A stretch of 32,000 nucleotides of DNA from an uncultured archaeon (GCA_964586355.1 CAZPGO010000005.1:23640-55639), one strand, 5' to 3'; counted from the first letter of the stretch, positions 1-8,961 are shown. Translations and numbers: made by a program. Notes: generated from the sequence alone by a model not told the origin.

Positions 1-839
1 TTAAGTCTCTGAATTTAGAGGTAGTAATTGAGTTAAATTCTAGAAAACTATTAACAGATATTCTTAATTATTGTAATATTGATAAAGATCAAGCAAAGCA
101 AGTAATAATTTCAATAGATAAGTTAAAAAAGATTGGAATTAATGAAGTAAAAAAAGAACTATTAGGCAAAGAGATTTCAAAAGAAGCAATTGATAAGTTA
201 ATGTTTTTATTAAAAGATCTAGAAAAAGGAAGTAATAAAGAGAAGATAAAATATTTAGAGGAAAGGATAGGTAATAGTGAAGGCTTACAAGAGATAAAAG
301 AATTGTTTAAATATTTATCTTTATTTAAGGTAGAGTTTATCTTTTCTCCAACACTTGCAAGAGGGTTAGGATATTATACAGGTCCTATTTTTGAAATATT
401 TTTAAAAGACCCCTCAATAATCTCAGGATCTATTGCTGGTGGCGGTAGATGGGATAACCTGATTGGTAAGTATATTGGTAATGAAAATTTAAAACAATCT
501 GCAACAGGAATATCTTTTGGTATTGAACCAATTATGGATATTATTTTAAAAAAAGAAAATATAACTAGACAAAGTGTTTGTGATCTATTAATAATTCCAA
601 TTAATACCTTAGAAAAATCTATAGAAATTACTCAATATTTAAGAGATAAAGGAATAAAGACCATAGTGGATCTACAATCAAAATCAATTTCCAAAAATCT
701 AGAGTATGCTAGTAAGTTAGGTATACCTTTTGTTGGTTTTATTGGAGAAGATGAGTTAAAGCAAAAAAAAATAAAAATAAGAGATCTACAAACTGGTAAA
801 GAAGAATTAATTAATATAGATGAAATTAATCTTTTATAA
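1..839 (+). CDS. hisS: Histidyl-tRNA synthetase, C-terminal part (5' end lies outside the window)
   Basis: The frame of the 201..839 ORF stays open back to nt 3 (KSLNLEVVIELNSRKLL...). It has the class II motif-3-like GGGRWDNLIGKY and a C-terminal anticodon-binding-domain pattern (LLIIPINT...GIPFVGFIGEDELKQKKIKIRDL). Confidence 0.88.
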   Translation, partial: KSLNLEVVIELNSRKLLTDILNYCNIDKDQAKQVIISIDKLKKIGINEVKKELLGKEISKEAIDKLMFLLKDLEKGSNKEKIKYLEERIGNSEGLQEIKELFKYLSLFKVEFIFSPTLARGLGYYTGPIFEIFLKDPSIISGSIAGGGRWDNLIGKYIGNENLKQSATGISFGIEPIMDIILKKENITRQSVCDLLIIPINTLEKSIEITQYLRDKGIKTIVDLQSKSISKNLEYASKLGIPFVGFIGEDELKQKKIKIRDLQTGKEELINIDEINLL

Positions 840-905
840 TAAATCAATTTGTTAATAAGTACTTTTTATCACAAAACATGTGTAGAAGACATAAAAGGGG
901 AATTT

Positions 906-1064
906 ATGATAAATGCAAGAGTGCAATTAGATCATGAAGCAAACAGAATTATTAATATGTTTAAAGCAAAATATGATTTAAAAGATTAAAGTGAAGCTAT
1001 AAACAAATTTGTATTAGTACATAGTAAATTTGATGATGCGTATTATGAAATTTATAAAAAATAG
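906..1064 (+). pseudogene. Small antitoxin-like (ribbon-helix-helix / DUF2683-like) gene interrupted by an in-frame TAA at 987..989
   Basis: ATG 906 gives MINARVQLDHEANRIINMFKAKYDLKD, then TAA, then SEAINKFVLVHSKFDDAYYEIYKK and TAG at 1062..1064. It aligns residue for residue with the antitoxin-like ORF at 24949..25197 (MKALIDLPIEINQTLNIIKAQHNLKNKAEAITLVV). The stop falls where the paralogue has Lys, consistent with AAA to TAA. There is no partner toxin ORF downstream. Confidence 0.55.
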
Positions 1065-1131
1065 ATCAAACCATCTTTTTTTAAATTTGTTTCTAATTTA
1101 TATATATTATAAATGTTAAATTAGACCAATT

Positions 1132-2883
1132 ATGATAACAACAATAGAACTAAAAAAAAAATATTTAGATTTTTTTAAAAGTAAAGAACATAAGGTAATA
1201 GATCAAGCCTCATTAATACCAGAAAATGATAATACCGTTCTTTTCACAACAGCAGGAATGCATCCATTAGTGCCTTTCTTGTTAGGGCAACCTCATCCCT
1301 TAGGTAAAAGATTAACAAATTATCAACTCTGCTTAAGAACAACAGATATAGACTCTGTTGGAGATTCTACACATTTTTCTCTTTTTGAAATGCTTGGTAA
1401 CTGGTCTCTTGGGGATTATTTTAAAAAAGAATCAATCTCTTTTTCTTCTGAATTTTTAACTAGTAAAGAATGGTTAGGTCTTGATAAGAATAGAATAGCA
1501 GTAACAGTTTTTTCAGGAAATAAAGATCTCCCAAAAGATCAAGAAGCTATTGATTGTTGGTTGAGAGAAGGTGTGCCAATAGAAAGAATAGTGGCAATAG
1601 AAGATAATTGGTGGGGTCCTGCAGGATCTAGTGGACCATGTGGACCTGATACAGAAATATTTTATTGGAAAGAGAATACTAAAGAACCACCAAAAGTTTT
1701 TGATCCAGATAATGAAAATTGGGTAGAGATCTGGAATAATGTTTTTATGGAGTATGATAAAACAAAAGAAGGAGATTTTAAAACATTATCACAAAAAAAT
1801 ATAGATACTGGTCTTGGTACAGAAAGAGTGGTAATGGTCTTAAATGGATTAGAAGATGCTTTTTCTGTTGGAAAAATTAAAGAGATCTATGATTTTGTGT
1901 TTTTTATTTCTAAAGATAAAGAAAATATAAAAGCTATAAAAATAATAACAGATCATCTAAGAACCGCAACTTTTATTTTAGGCGATTCTAGATCTGTAAT
2001 CCCAAGCAATACAGATCAAGGATATGTTTTAAGAAGATTTATTAGAAGGGCTATAAGATATGGTAAACTAATTGGTATAGATACTTTCTTTTGTAAAAGT
2101 GTTGGAAATAAAATAATCAATCTTTATAAAGATGAATATCCTAATCTAGAAGAAAAAAAAGAAAACATTCTAAGAGAACTAGAAAACGAAGAAAACAAGT
2201 TTTTAAAAACTTTAGAAAATGGTCTAAAAGAGTTTAATAAGTTTGTAGAAAAACAAAACAAGCTTTCTGGAAAAGAAGCATTCTTGTTATACCAAAGTTA
2301 TGGTTTTCCTATAGAGATGATTGAAGAACTAGCAAAAGAAAAGAACCTCTCTATAGATTTTAACAGCTTTAGAGAAGAAGAAAAAAAACATCAAGAACTT
2401 TCAAGAATAGGTGCTGAAAAAAAGTTTAAGGGAGGTCTTGCTGAGCACACAGATGTTACTAAAAAATATCACACAGCAACTCATCTTCTAAACGAAGCAC
2501 TAAGAAGAGTACTTTCAAAAGATATTAAACAAAAAGGAAGTAACATAACCTCAGAAAGACTAAGATTTGATTTTAATTTTGATAGAAAATTAACTGATGA
2601 GGAGATCTCTTTGTTAGAAAATGAAGTAAACAATGTAATTTCTAAAGAATTACCTATAAAAAAAGAATCAATGACCTTAGAAGAAGCAATAAGCTTGGGA
2701 GCACAAGCAGAATTTGGAACCAAATATCCAGATGTTGTATTTGTTTATTTCGTAGGAGATTATTCTAAAGAGATCTGTATGGGACCACATGTTGAGAACA
2801 CAAAAGAACTGGGGTATTTTAAAATTATAAAAGAACAATCTATTTCAGCAGGGGTTAGAAGAATTAAAGCTATTTTAGAGTAA
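1132..2883 (+). CDS. alaS: Alanyl-tRNA synthetase, short form (catalytic, tRNA-recognition and editing domains, no C-Ala domain)
   Basis: Catalytic core motifs FTTAGMHPLVPFLLG, FEMLGNWSLGDYFK and WWGPAGSSGPCGPDTEIFY. Editing-domain HxxxH (HTATHLLNEAL) and CxxxH (CMGPHVENT). The 583-aa product ends shortly after the editing domain. Confidence 0.9.
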   Translation: MITTIELKKKYLDFFKSKEHKVIDQASLIPENDNTVLFTTAGMHPLVPFLLGQPHPLGKRLTNYQLCLRTTDIDSVGDSTHFSLFEMLGNWSLGDYFKKESISFSSEFLTSKEWLGLDKNRIAVTVFSGNKDLPKDQEAIDCWLREGVPIERIVAIEDNWWGPAGSSGPCGPDTEIFYWKENTKEPPKVFDPDNENWVEIWNNVFMEYDKTKEGDFKTLSQKNIDTGLGTERVVMVLNGLEDAFSVGKIKEIYDFVFFISKDKENIKAIKIITDHLRTATFILGDSRSVIPSNTDQGYVLRRFIRRAIRYGKLIGIDTFFCKSVGNKIINLYKDEYPNLEEKKENILRELENEENKFLKTLENGLKEFNKFVEKQNKLSGKEAFLLYQSYGFPIEMIEELAKEKNLSIDFNSFREEEKKHQELSRIGAEKKFKGGLAEHTDVTKKYHTATHLLNEALRRVLSKDIKQKGSNITSERLRFDFNFDRKLTDEEISLLENEVNNVISKELPIKKESMTLEEAISLGAQAEFGTKYPDVVFVYFVGDYSKEICMGPHVENTKELGYFKIIKEQSISAGVRRIKAILE

Positions 2884-2887
2884 TTAT

Positions 2888-3970
2888 ATGAGCACAAAAA
2901 TAACAATCCTATTTTTATTTTTTTTATTAATTTTAGGGGTCTTTTGTTTAAATTTTGATTATTTTACAAAAATAAATAATACCGATTCTTCAAATCTTAA
3001 TACCAGTAACTTTTATAGTGCAGATCTTAATAACCAGAATTTTGAAAAAGTAAATTTGTCTGTGTTTTTTTGTCCGGAGGATAATTGTAAAGAAAAGATC
3101 ATATCTTTAATAGATGATTCTAAAAACTCTATAGAATGTGCGCTCTATTCTATTACAGATGACGATGTTGCTCAAGCATTTATTTTAAAATCAAAAGATA
3201 TAGATATAAAACTAGTAACAGATCTAACAAACACAAACAGATCAACCTCAAAAGTTGGTCTCTTAAAAGCTAATGGTGTTTTAGTTATTACAAATTCTGA
3301 GAAAGACAAATATATGCATAACAAATATTGTGTGTTTGATAAAAATATTTTATTAATTGGCTCTGCAAATTTTACTTTTAATTCTTTAGAAGAAAGTAAC
3401 AATGATATTTTGGTTATACCTGATACTAATTTAGCAAAAGAATACTCAAAAAAAATAAACTCCTATTTTACAGATAATTTTTCTAAAAATTATTTTTTAA
3501 AAAAAAAGATTATAAAAAACACAGAGATCAATTTTTGTCCAAATGATAACTGTTTTGAGAGTGTTGTTAAGTATCTAAGGGCTAGTAAAGAATCTATTTA
3601 TTGTATGCTATATAGTTACACATTAAATGATTTTACTTATGAGCTAAAAAGATTAAAAGCACTACACCCAAATTTAGATATAAAAATAATTATTGAAGAA
3701 GATATATGTAATTATCCTTATTGTGAGTATACTTCTTTATTAAAAGATGATATAGAAATAATATTTGATAAAAATAAAAAAAACATGCATCATAAATTTT
3801 GTGTTTTTGATAATTCTGTGGTTATGACTGGTTCTATGAACATGTCTTTAAATGGCATTTCCAATAACGAAGAGTCTTTAATTTTTATATCAGACGAGAA
3901 TTTAGCAAGCAAATATTTAAATTATTTTAATAAATATTGGGCTTACTGGAATAATGAAAATACTAGTTAA
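2888..3970 (+). CDS. Membrane-anchored or secreted tandem-domain phospholipase D superfamily protein, Nuc-type endonuclease-like (two HKD motifs)
   Basis: N-terminal hydrophobic anchor (ITILFLFFLLILGVFCL). Two internal repeats each start F(F/N)CP(E/N)DNC and carry HxKxxxxD plus GSxN: MHNKYCVFDKNILLIGSANF and MHHKFCVFDNSVVMTGSMNM. Confidence 0.8.
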   Translation: MSTKITILFLFFLLILGVFCLNFDYFTKINNTDSSNLNTSNFYSADLNNQNFEKVNLSVFFCPEDNCKEKIISLIDDSKNSIECALYSITDDDVAQAFILKSKDIDIKLVTDLTNTNRSTSKVGLLKANGVLVITNSEKDKYMHNKYCVFDKNILLIGSANFTFNSLEESNNDILVIPDTNLAKEYSKKINSYFTDNFSKNYFLKKKIIKNTEINFCPNDNCFESVVKYLRASKESIYCMLYSYTLNDFTYELKRLKALHPNLDIKIIIEEDICNYPYCEYTSLLKDDIEIIFDKNKKNMHHKFCVFDNSVVMTGSMNMSLNGISNNEESLIFISDENLASKYLNYFNKYWAYWNNENTS

Positions 3971-3998
3971 AAAAATATCATTTATAAATATTATGTAT

Positions 3999-4020
3999 TC
4001 TATATATTATATATATTAAA
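3999..4020 (+). promoter_or_regulatory. TATA-like run positioned for the tRNA-Pro promoter
   Basis: ctatatattatatatattaaaa lies about 10-30 nt upstream of tRNA nt 1 (4030), the expected archaeal TATA distance. AT-richness makes this weak evidence. Confidence 0.35.
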
Positions 4021-4029
4021 ATAATTTAA

Positions 4030-4103
4030 GGGGCTGTAGTGTAGTCTGGTCATCACGAGAGCTTTGGGAGCTTTTAACCCCAGTTCAAATCTGGGCAGCC
4101 TCA
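4030..4103 (+). tRNA. tRNA-Pro (anticodon UGG), no encoded CCA, no intron
   Basis: Hand-folded cloverleaf. Acceptor GGGGCUG/CAGCCUC (one G-U), anticodon stem AGAGC/GCUUU with loop UUUGGGA (UGG at 34-36), T arm CCCAG-UUCAAAU-CUGGG, discriminator A. It is followed by CTTTTT. Confidence 0.9.
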
Positions 4104-4130
4104 CTTTTTGTATATGGGTGATTTTTTGCA

Positions 4131-4739
4131 ATGTTTAGAAAAGTATCAAAAATAACGGGATTAAAATCAAAACAAAGAATTCCAAAAAAAAAAGTGGGTT
4201 TTTTTGAGAAAAAAGATGAACAGTTAGAAATTGATTTTGATGATGCTTTTAAAAAGATAAAACCAAAACCTAGACCAAAACTAATTATAAAAAAATTAAG
4301 TCCACAAGAAAACCTTTCTAAAACCATTTCTAATTTTTTAAGAGCTAATAACATAGAGATTTTAAGTGAATTTTTAAAATCCGAAATAAGTTCAGCAACC
4401 AAAGAAAGAAAATTTGGTAAAAGATCTAATCTTGAAAAAATTTTAGCACATATCGAAGTTATTAAAAAAAAAGAAGAAGAAATTGATTGGGCTCAAAAAC
4501 AGCAAAAAAGACATTATCAAGATAGAGATCTAAATAGAGAGCTTAATGACGATATTTTCAGATATAAAAGTGATATTGGCATTTTAGAAAAACAAATTAT
4601 AAATTCAATGTCATCTTTATTTAGAGCAAGTTATCCTAAAAACTTTGCTGCTAATAATGTTGAATCCGTAATACTAAGAGAATATTTCTTATCTAAAAAT
4701 AAGATGGGCTATCAAAAATATACTGTCCTTAAAGAATAG
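4131..4739 (+). CDS. Hypothetical Lys/Glu-rich, probably coiled-coil basic protein
   Basis: 202-aa ORF with GGGTGAT (SD-like) 8 nt upstream of the ATG. It sits only 27 nt after the tRNA. I recognise no family. Confidence 0.5.
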   Translation: MFRKVSKITGLKSKQRIPKKKVGFFEKKDEQLEIDFDDAFKKIKPKPRPKLIIKKLSPQENLSKTISNFLRANNIEILSEFLKSEISSATKERKFGKRSNLEKILAHIEVIKKKEEEIDWAQKQQKRHYQDRDLNRELNDDIFRYKSDIGILEKQIINSMSSLFRASYPKNFAANNVESVILREYFLSKNKMGYQKYTVLKE

Positions 4740-4844
4740 ATTTATTCTAAAAAGATAACCTCTCCTTAATGTTTTTCTTAAATTAAAAGAGTTTATAAAG
4801 TATTTCAATAATATATATTTATACAAAATAAAAAGGAAAAAAAT

Positions 4845-6308
4845 ATGGTATCAAGTCAAGAACTAAAAATAGAAGAATTTAATGAATGGTTTAATGATAT
4901 TATATCTAGAGCAGAACTTGCAGACTTAAGATATAATATCAAAGGAATGGTTGTTTATAGACCTTGGTCAACATACACTATAAACAAAATATTTAGATTA
5001 TATGAAGATATTTTTGATGATACTGGTCATCAACAAGTAATTATGCCGTTATTGATACCAGAAGAAAACTTTTTTAAAGAAAAAGAGCATGTAGAAGGAT
5101 TTACTCCAGAAGTGTTTTGGGTAACAGAGCATGGAGAAGAAAAATTTGAAACAAAATATGCTTTAAGACCAACAAGTGAGACAGCTTTTTATTATATGTA
5201 TAGTTTATGGGTTGATAGTCATAGAGATTTGCCATACAAAAACTATCAAAGAGCAAATATCTTTAGATATGATACCAAGGCAACAAAACCTTTTTTTAGA
5301 GGAAGAGAATTTTATTTTTTTGAAAGTCATAATCTTTTTGAAAGTTATGAAGAATCTTATCAACAGGTATTAGAAGATATGCAAATTACTGAAGATATTA
5401 TACATGTAGATCTTGCAATACCATTTATTTTCTTTAACAGACCACAATGGGATAAATTTCCTGGAGCAATTAATACTTATGGTGCTGATGCTTTAATGCC
5501 AAATGGTAAAACCACCCAAATAGTTACCACCCACACACTAGGTCAAAATTTTACAAAGCCTTTTGATGTTAAAATAAAAAATATTGATGAAGAAGTAGTG
5601 TATCCATATGGTACTTGTCATGGACCAGGAATAACTAGAATATATGGTGCATTAATTAGTATTCATGGAGATAAGATTGGTCTAAGACTTCCTTTTAATC
5701 TAGCACCAACACAAATAATAATCACCCCATTATATTTTACTGGTTGTAATCTAGAAAAAATAGAAAAAGTTTGTTTAGATTTTGCAACAGATTTAGATAA
5801 GCTTGGATATAAAGTAAAAATAGATGATTCAAAAGAAAAAAGACCAAAAGAAAGATTTGAGTACTATGAGATGAAAGGAGTACCTATAAGAATAGAAGTT
5901 GGTCCAAAAGATATAGATGATGGATCTGTTTTAATATTTAGAAGAGACACAAATGAAAAAACAAGAGTCTGCTTTGCAGATGTTTTTGAAGAAATTAAAA
6001 ATATTTCTGAAAGTTTTACAAATAATTTAAGAGATCAAGCAGATCAAGAGTTTGATGAAAGATTAGTAAGTGTGGATTCTTATAAAGATCTTAAAGAAGA
6101 ACTAGAAAAAGGAAAATTAATTAGAATACCTTTCTGTTCTATAGATTTTGATGGAAAAACCTGTGCCGATAAACTAAAAGCAGAAACAAATGGTGGAGAG
6201 ATTAGAGGAACAAGAATGGATATTACTGAAGTTCCTGAGGACTCCCAAAAATGTTTGATCTGTAATAAAAAAGCAAATGTTTTTGTTTATGTTGCAAAAA
6301 GTTATTAA
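4845..6308 (+). CDS. proS: Prolyl-tRNA synthetase, archaeal/eukaryote-like type
   Basis: Class II core (LRPTSETAFY, FRYDTKATKPFFRGREFYFFESH, GTCHGPGITRIYGALI), anticodon-binding domain, and the Cys-containing C-terminal domain ending in Tyr (CLICNKKANVFVYVAKSY) typical of the archaeal type. Confidence 0.92.
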   Translation: MVSSQELKIEEFNEWFNDIISRAELADLRYNIKGMVVYRPWSTYTINKIFRLYEDIFDDTGHQQVIMPLLIPEENFFKEKEHVEGFTPEVFWVTEHGEEKFETKYALRPTSETAFYYMYSLWVDSHRDLPYKNYQRANIFRYDTKATKPFFRGREFYFFESHNLFESYEESYQQVLEDMQITEDIIHVDLAIPFIFFNRPQWDKFPGAINTYGADALMPNGKTTQIVTTHTLGQNFTKPFDVKIKNIDEEVVYPYGTCHGPGITRIYGALISIHGDKIGLRLPFNLAPTQIIITPLYFTGCNLEKIEKVCLDFATDLDKLGYKVKIDDSKEKRPKERFEYYEMKGVPIRIEVGPKDIDDGSVLIFRRDTNEKTRVCFADVFEEIKNISESFTNNLRDQADQEFDERLVSVDSYKDLKEELEKGKLIRIPFCSIDFDGKTCADKLKAETNGGEIRGTRMDITEVPEDSQKCLICNKKANVFVYVAKSY

Positions 6309-6320
6309 TGTGAAATAAAT

Positions 6321-8042
6321 TTGGTAAAGTTTAGTGTTTTATCTAAATACTTTGAAAAAATAGATAATACTTCAAGCAGACTAGAAATAACAAATATTTT
6401 GTTTGACTTATTTTCTATAACTGATAAAACAGAAATACAGTCCTTAATCTATTTTTGTCAAGGAAATATTGGCCCAAATTATTTATCAAAAGATATTAGT
6501 ATAGGTCAATCTACTTTAATATCTCTTATTTCTCAATACACAGCAATTCCAGAAAAAGAGATAAAAGAAGATTTTTTAGATAAAGGTGATTTAGGTCTAG
6601 TTATTGAAAAATCAGAATTAAAAAAAAAACAATCTACTTTATTTACCAGAGATCTTGATTTTTTAGAAGTTTTTGATATTTTTAAAAAAATAAGTGAAAT
6701 AGAGGGTAAAGGGGCTATTGATGAAAAACAGAAACTACTAAAATCAGTTTTATTTAATCTAGATTCTACTTCTGCAAAATATATTATAAGATTTCCTATA
6801 GGTTTTAGATTAGGTTTTTCTGATTCCACAATAATTGATGCTCTTGCTTGTTTTGGTAAAGAAAATATTAAAGAATATAAACAATTAATTACAGAAAAAT
6901 ATCAATTAGTCTCAGATCTAGGATTACTTGCAAAAATAATTTTTGAAAAAGGAATAGAGAAAATAAAAAATTTAAAGATCACTCCCTTTATTCCAATAAA
7001 ATCACAACTCTGTGAAAGATCTAAAAGTCTAGACGAAATTAAAGAAAGATTAGGAACTTTTGCAATTGATACTAAAGTTGATGGTTTTAGGCAACAGATT
7101 CATAAGGTAAAAAATAAAATAAAAATTTATTCTAGACAAGAAGAAGATATTACAGACATGTTTCCTGATGTTGTAGAAAATGTTAAAAAAATAGATCATG
7201 ATTTTATTATTGATTGTGAAGCTATTGCATATGATTCTGAAAACCAAAAATATCATTCTTTTCAAATAACTATTACTAGAAAAAGAAAATATGATATCTT
7301 AGAAAAATCTAAAGAACTACCACTTCATCTAAAGGTCTTTGATTGTCTTTATTTAGATGAAAAAGAGATCTATAGCCTACCATTTATTGAAAGAAGAAGA
7401 ATAGTTGAAGAATATTTTAATATTAATGATTTTGTAAAAGCAACAGAGATAAAAATAACAGACGATGTTAATATCTTAGAAGATATATTTTTAGATAGAT
7501 TAGCTTTAGGGTTTGAAGGAGTTATTTGTAAAGATCTTAATCAACCCTATAAGGCAGGATCTAGAGGGTATTCGTGGATAAAGTTTAAAAAATCATATAA
7601 AGGTAATTTAGACACTATAGACGCCGTGATTTTAGGGTATGACTCTGGGCAAGGTAAAAGAACAGAGCTAGGCATAGGCGCTTTGCTTGTTGGAATCTAT
7701 GATGGCGATACTGACAAATATTATACCATAGCAAAAGTAGGAACTGGCCTATCAGATGATGTCATAAGAGAGCTTTATGAAAGATTAGAAAAGAAAAAAC
7801 TAATTAAAAAACCAGAATATATAGTTTCAAATATAGTTGTGGATAATTTTGTGGTTCCAGAAATTGTTGTTGAGATTAATTTTGATGAAATTACAAAAAG
7901 TCCAATACATACTCTAAAACTAGAATCTGATTCTTTGCAAGGTATTGCTTTAAGGTTTCCAAGGTTAGTAAAAATAAGAATGGACCGATCTAATAAGGAA
8001 ACAACAAATAAAAAAGAAATAGAAAAAATTAGTACTGTTTAA
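6321..8042 (+). CDS. lig: ATP-dependent DNA ligase
   Basis: Adenylation motif I (AIDTKVDGFR), EGVICK (motif IV), WIKFKKSY (motif V), and a C-terminal OB-fold region (LRFPRLVKIR). TTG start with GTGA 7 nt upstream. Confidence 0.9.
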   Translation: MVKFSVLSKYFEKIDNTSSRLEITNILFDLFSITDKTEIQSLIYFCQGNIGPNYLSKDISIGQSTLISLISQYTAIPEKEIKEDFLDKGDLGLVIEKSELKKKQSTLFTRDLDFLEVFDIFKKISEIEGKGAIDEKQKLLKSVLFNLDSTSAKYIIRFPIGFRLGFSDSTIIDALACFGKENIKEYKQLITEKYQLVSDLGLLAKIIFEKGIEKIKNLKITPFIPIKSQLCERSKSLDEIKERLGTFAIDTKVDGFRQQIHKVKNKIKIYSRQEEDITDMFPDVVENVKKIDHDFIIDCEAIAYDSENQKYHSFQITITRKRKYDILEKSKELPLHLKVFDCLYLDEKEIYSLPFIERRRIVEEYFNINDFVKATEIKITDDVNILEDIFLDRLALGFEGVICKDLNQPYKAGSRGYSWIKFKKSYKGNLDTIDAVILGYDSGQGKRTELGIGALLVGIYDGDTDKYYTIAKVGTGLSDDVIRELYERLEKKKLIKKPEYIVSNIVVDNFVVPEIVVEINFDEITKSPIHTLKLESDSLQGIALRFPRLVKIRMDRSNKETTNKKEIEKISTV

Positions 8043-8751
8043 TTGCACTCCACATAACCTCATCCTTAGGATTAACAACTAAACCATTTGGAGTAATTTC
8101 ACAAGGGTGTGCTGCTTGAGAGTGTTTTGTACCTCTTAATTTTCTTATAAATATTGATCTGTGTGGAGGAATAAAGTACATAGCAAAAATACCATCAACA
8201 ACAAACTCTTCAACACCATAAGCAGAAAAGTCTCTAGGTCCTCCAGCAGTCTCAGAGGTCATCATTGTTGTACAATTAAGGTCTTTTAGATAATCTCCAA
8301 ATCTAAACAAAAGATTTCTTAATTTCCCAGGATCAGTAATCCATCCACCAAAAGCAGTTGTGGAGTCAATAGTTAGTCTTGTTGCTCCTATGTCTTTTAC
8401 CATAGAAGAGACTATATCTAACTCTTTATCTATCTGTGCTTCAACATCTTTACGAGGATCTATATGCATTCTATAAATCTTCATAAGGTTCTTTTGCTCA
8501 AGAGATTTTATATCCCAGCTAAAACTTTCCATGTTCCAAACAATATTTTTAAGATTATCTTCAACAGTTACAAATAATCCTGGATCTCCAAACTTTCTAG
8601 CACCTTCATAAATAAAGGTTGTTGCAAAAATTGTTTTTCCAGAACCAGCACCACCAGAAACCATTGTAGTTGCTCCTTGTGGCATTCCTCCTTGAATCAG
8701 TTCATCAAAACCTGTTACTCCTGTTGGTACTCTCTTCATTTTTATAATCAA
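8029..8751 (-). CDS. KaiC-like / RecA-superfamily single-domain ATPase
   Basis: VPTGVTGFDELIQGGMPQGATTMVSGGAGSGKT (KaiC/RadA-type N-terminus plus Walker A) and Walker B-like RLTIDS. The annotated start is TTG at 8751; ATG at 8739 (MKRVPTG...) is more likely. The 3' end overlaps the ligase 3' end by 14 nt. Confidence 0.8.
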   Translation of the reverse strand: MIIKMKRVPTGVTGFDELIQGGMPQGATTMVSGGAGSGKTIFATTFIYEGARKFGDPGLFVTVEDNLKNIVWNMESFSWDIKSLEQKNLMKIYRMHIDPRKDVEAQIDKELDIVSSMVKDIGATRLTIDSTTAFGGWITDPGKLRNLLFRFGDYLKDLNCTTMMTSETAGGPRDFSAYGVEEFVVDGIFAMYFIPPHRSIFIRKLRGTKHSQAAHPCEITPNGLVVNPKDEVMWSAIKQY

Positions 8752-8961
8752 CTCTTTTTTGTTTTAAATATTTAAGTATATTATATTAAGGTAATTACAT
8801 TTATATATATTGTGGTCTTATTTCTTAGTAGAGGTTTTTTTGTTTTTTTAATAGATCTTAGTGCTTTTTTGTAGTTAAATATATTTATATACATTTTTAC
8901 TTAAATATTATTATAAATTAAAAAATAATACCTTTACAAAAAGATCATTTGGTGACAAGAA

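Noticed and set aside
987-989. Possibility that the in-frame TAA codons (987 and 12691) reflect stop-codon reassignment or programmed readthrough
   Set aside because: TAA is the ordinary terminator of most well-supported genes here (hisS, alaS, proS, lig and others). The K+ channel locus also has a frameshift and lacks a start, so decay is the simpler reading.
4085-4402. A 105-aa minus-strand ORF
   Set aside because: It overlaps the tRNA-Pro 3' end and lies antisense to the longer, SD-preceded plus-strand ORF 4131..4739.
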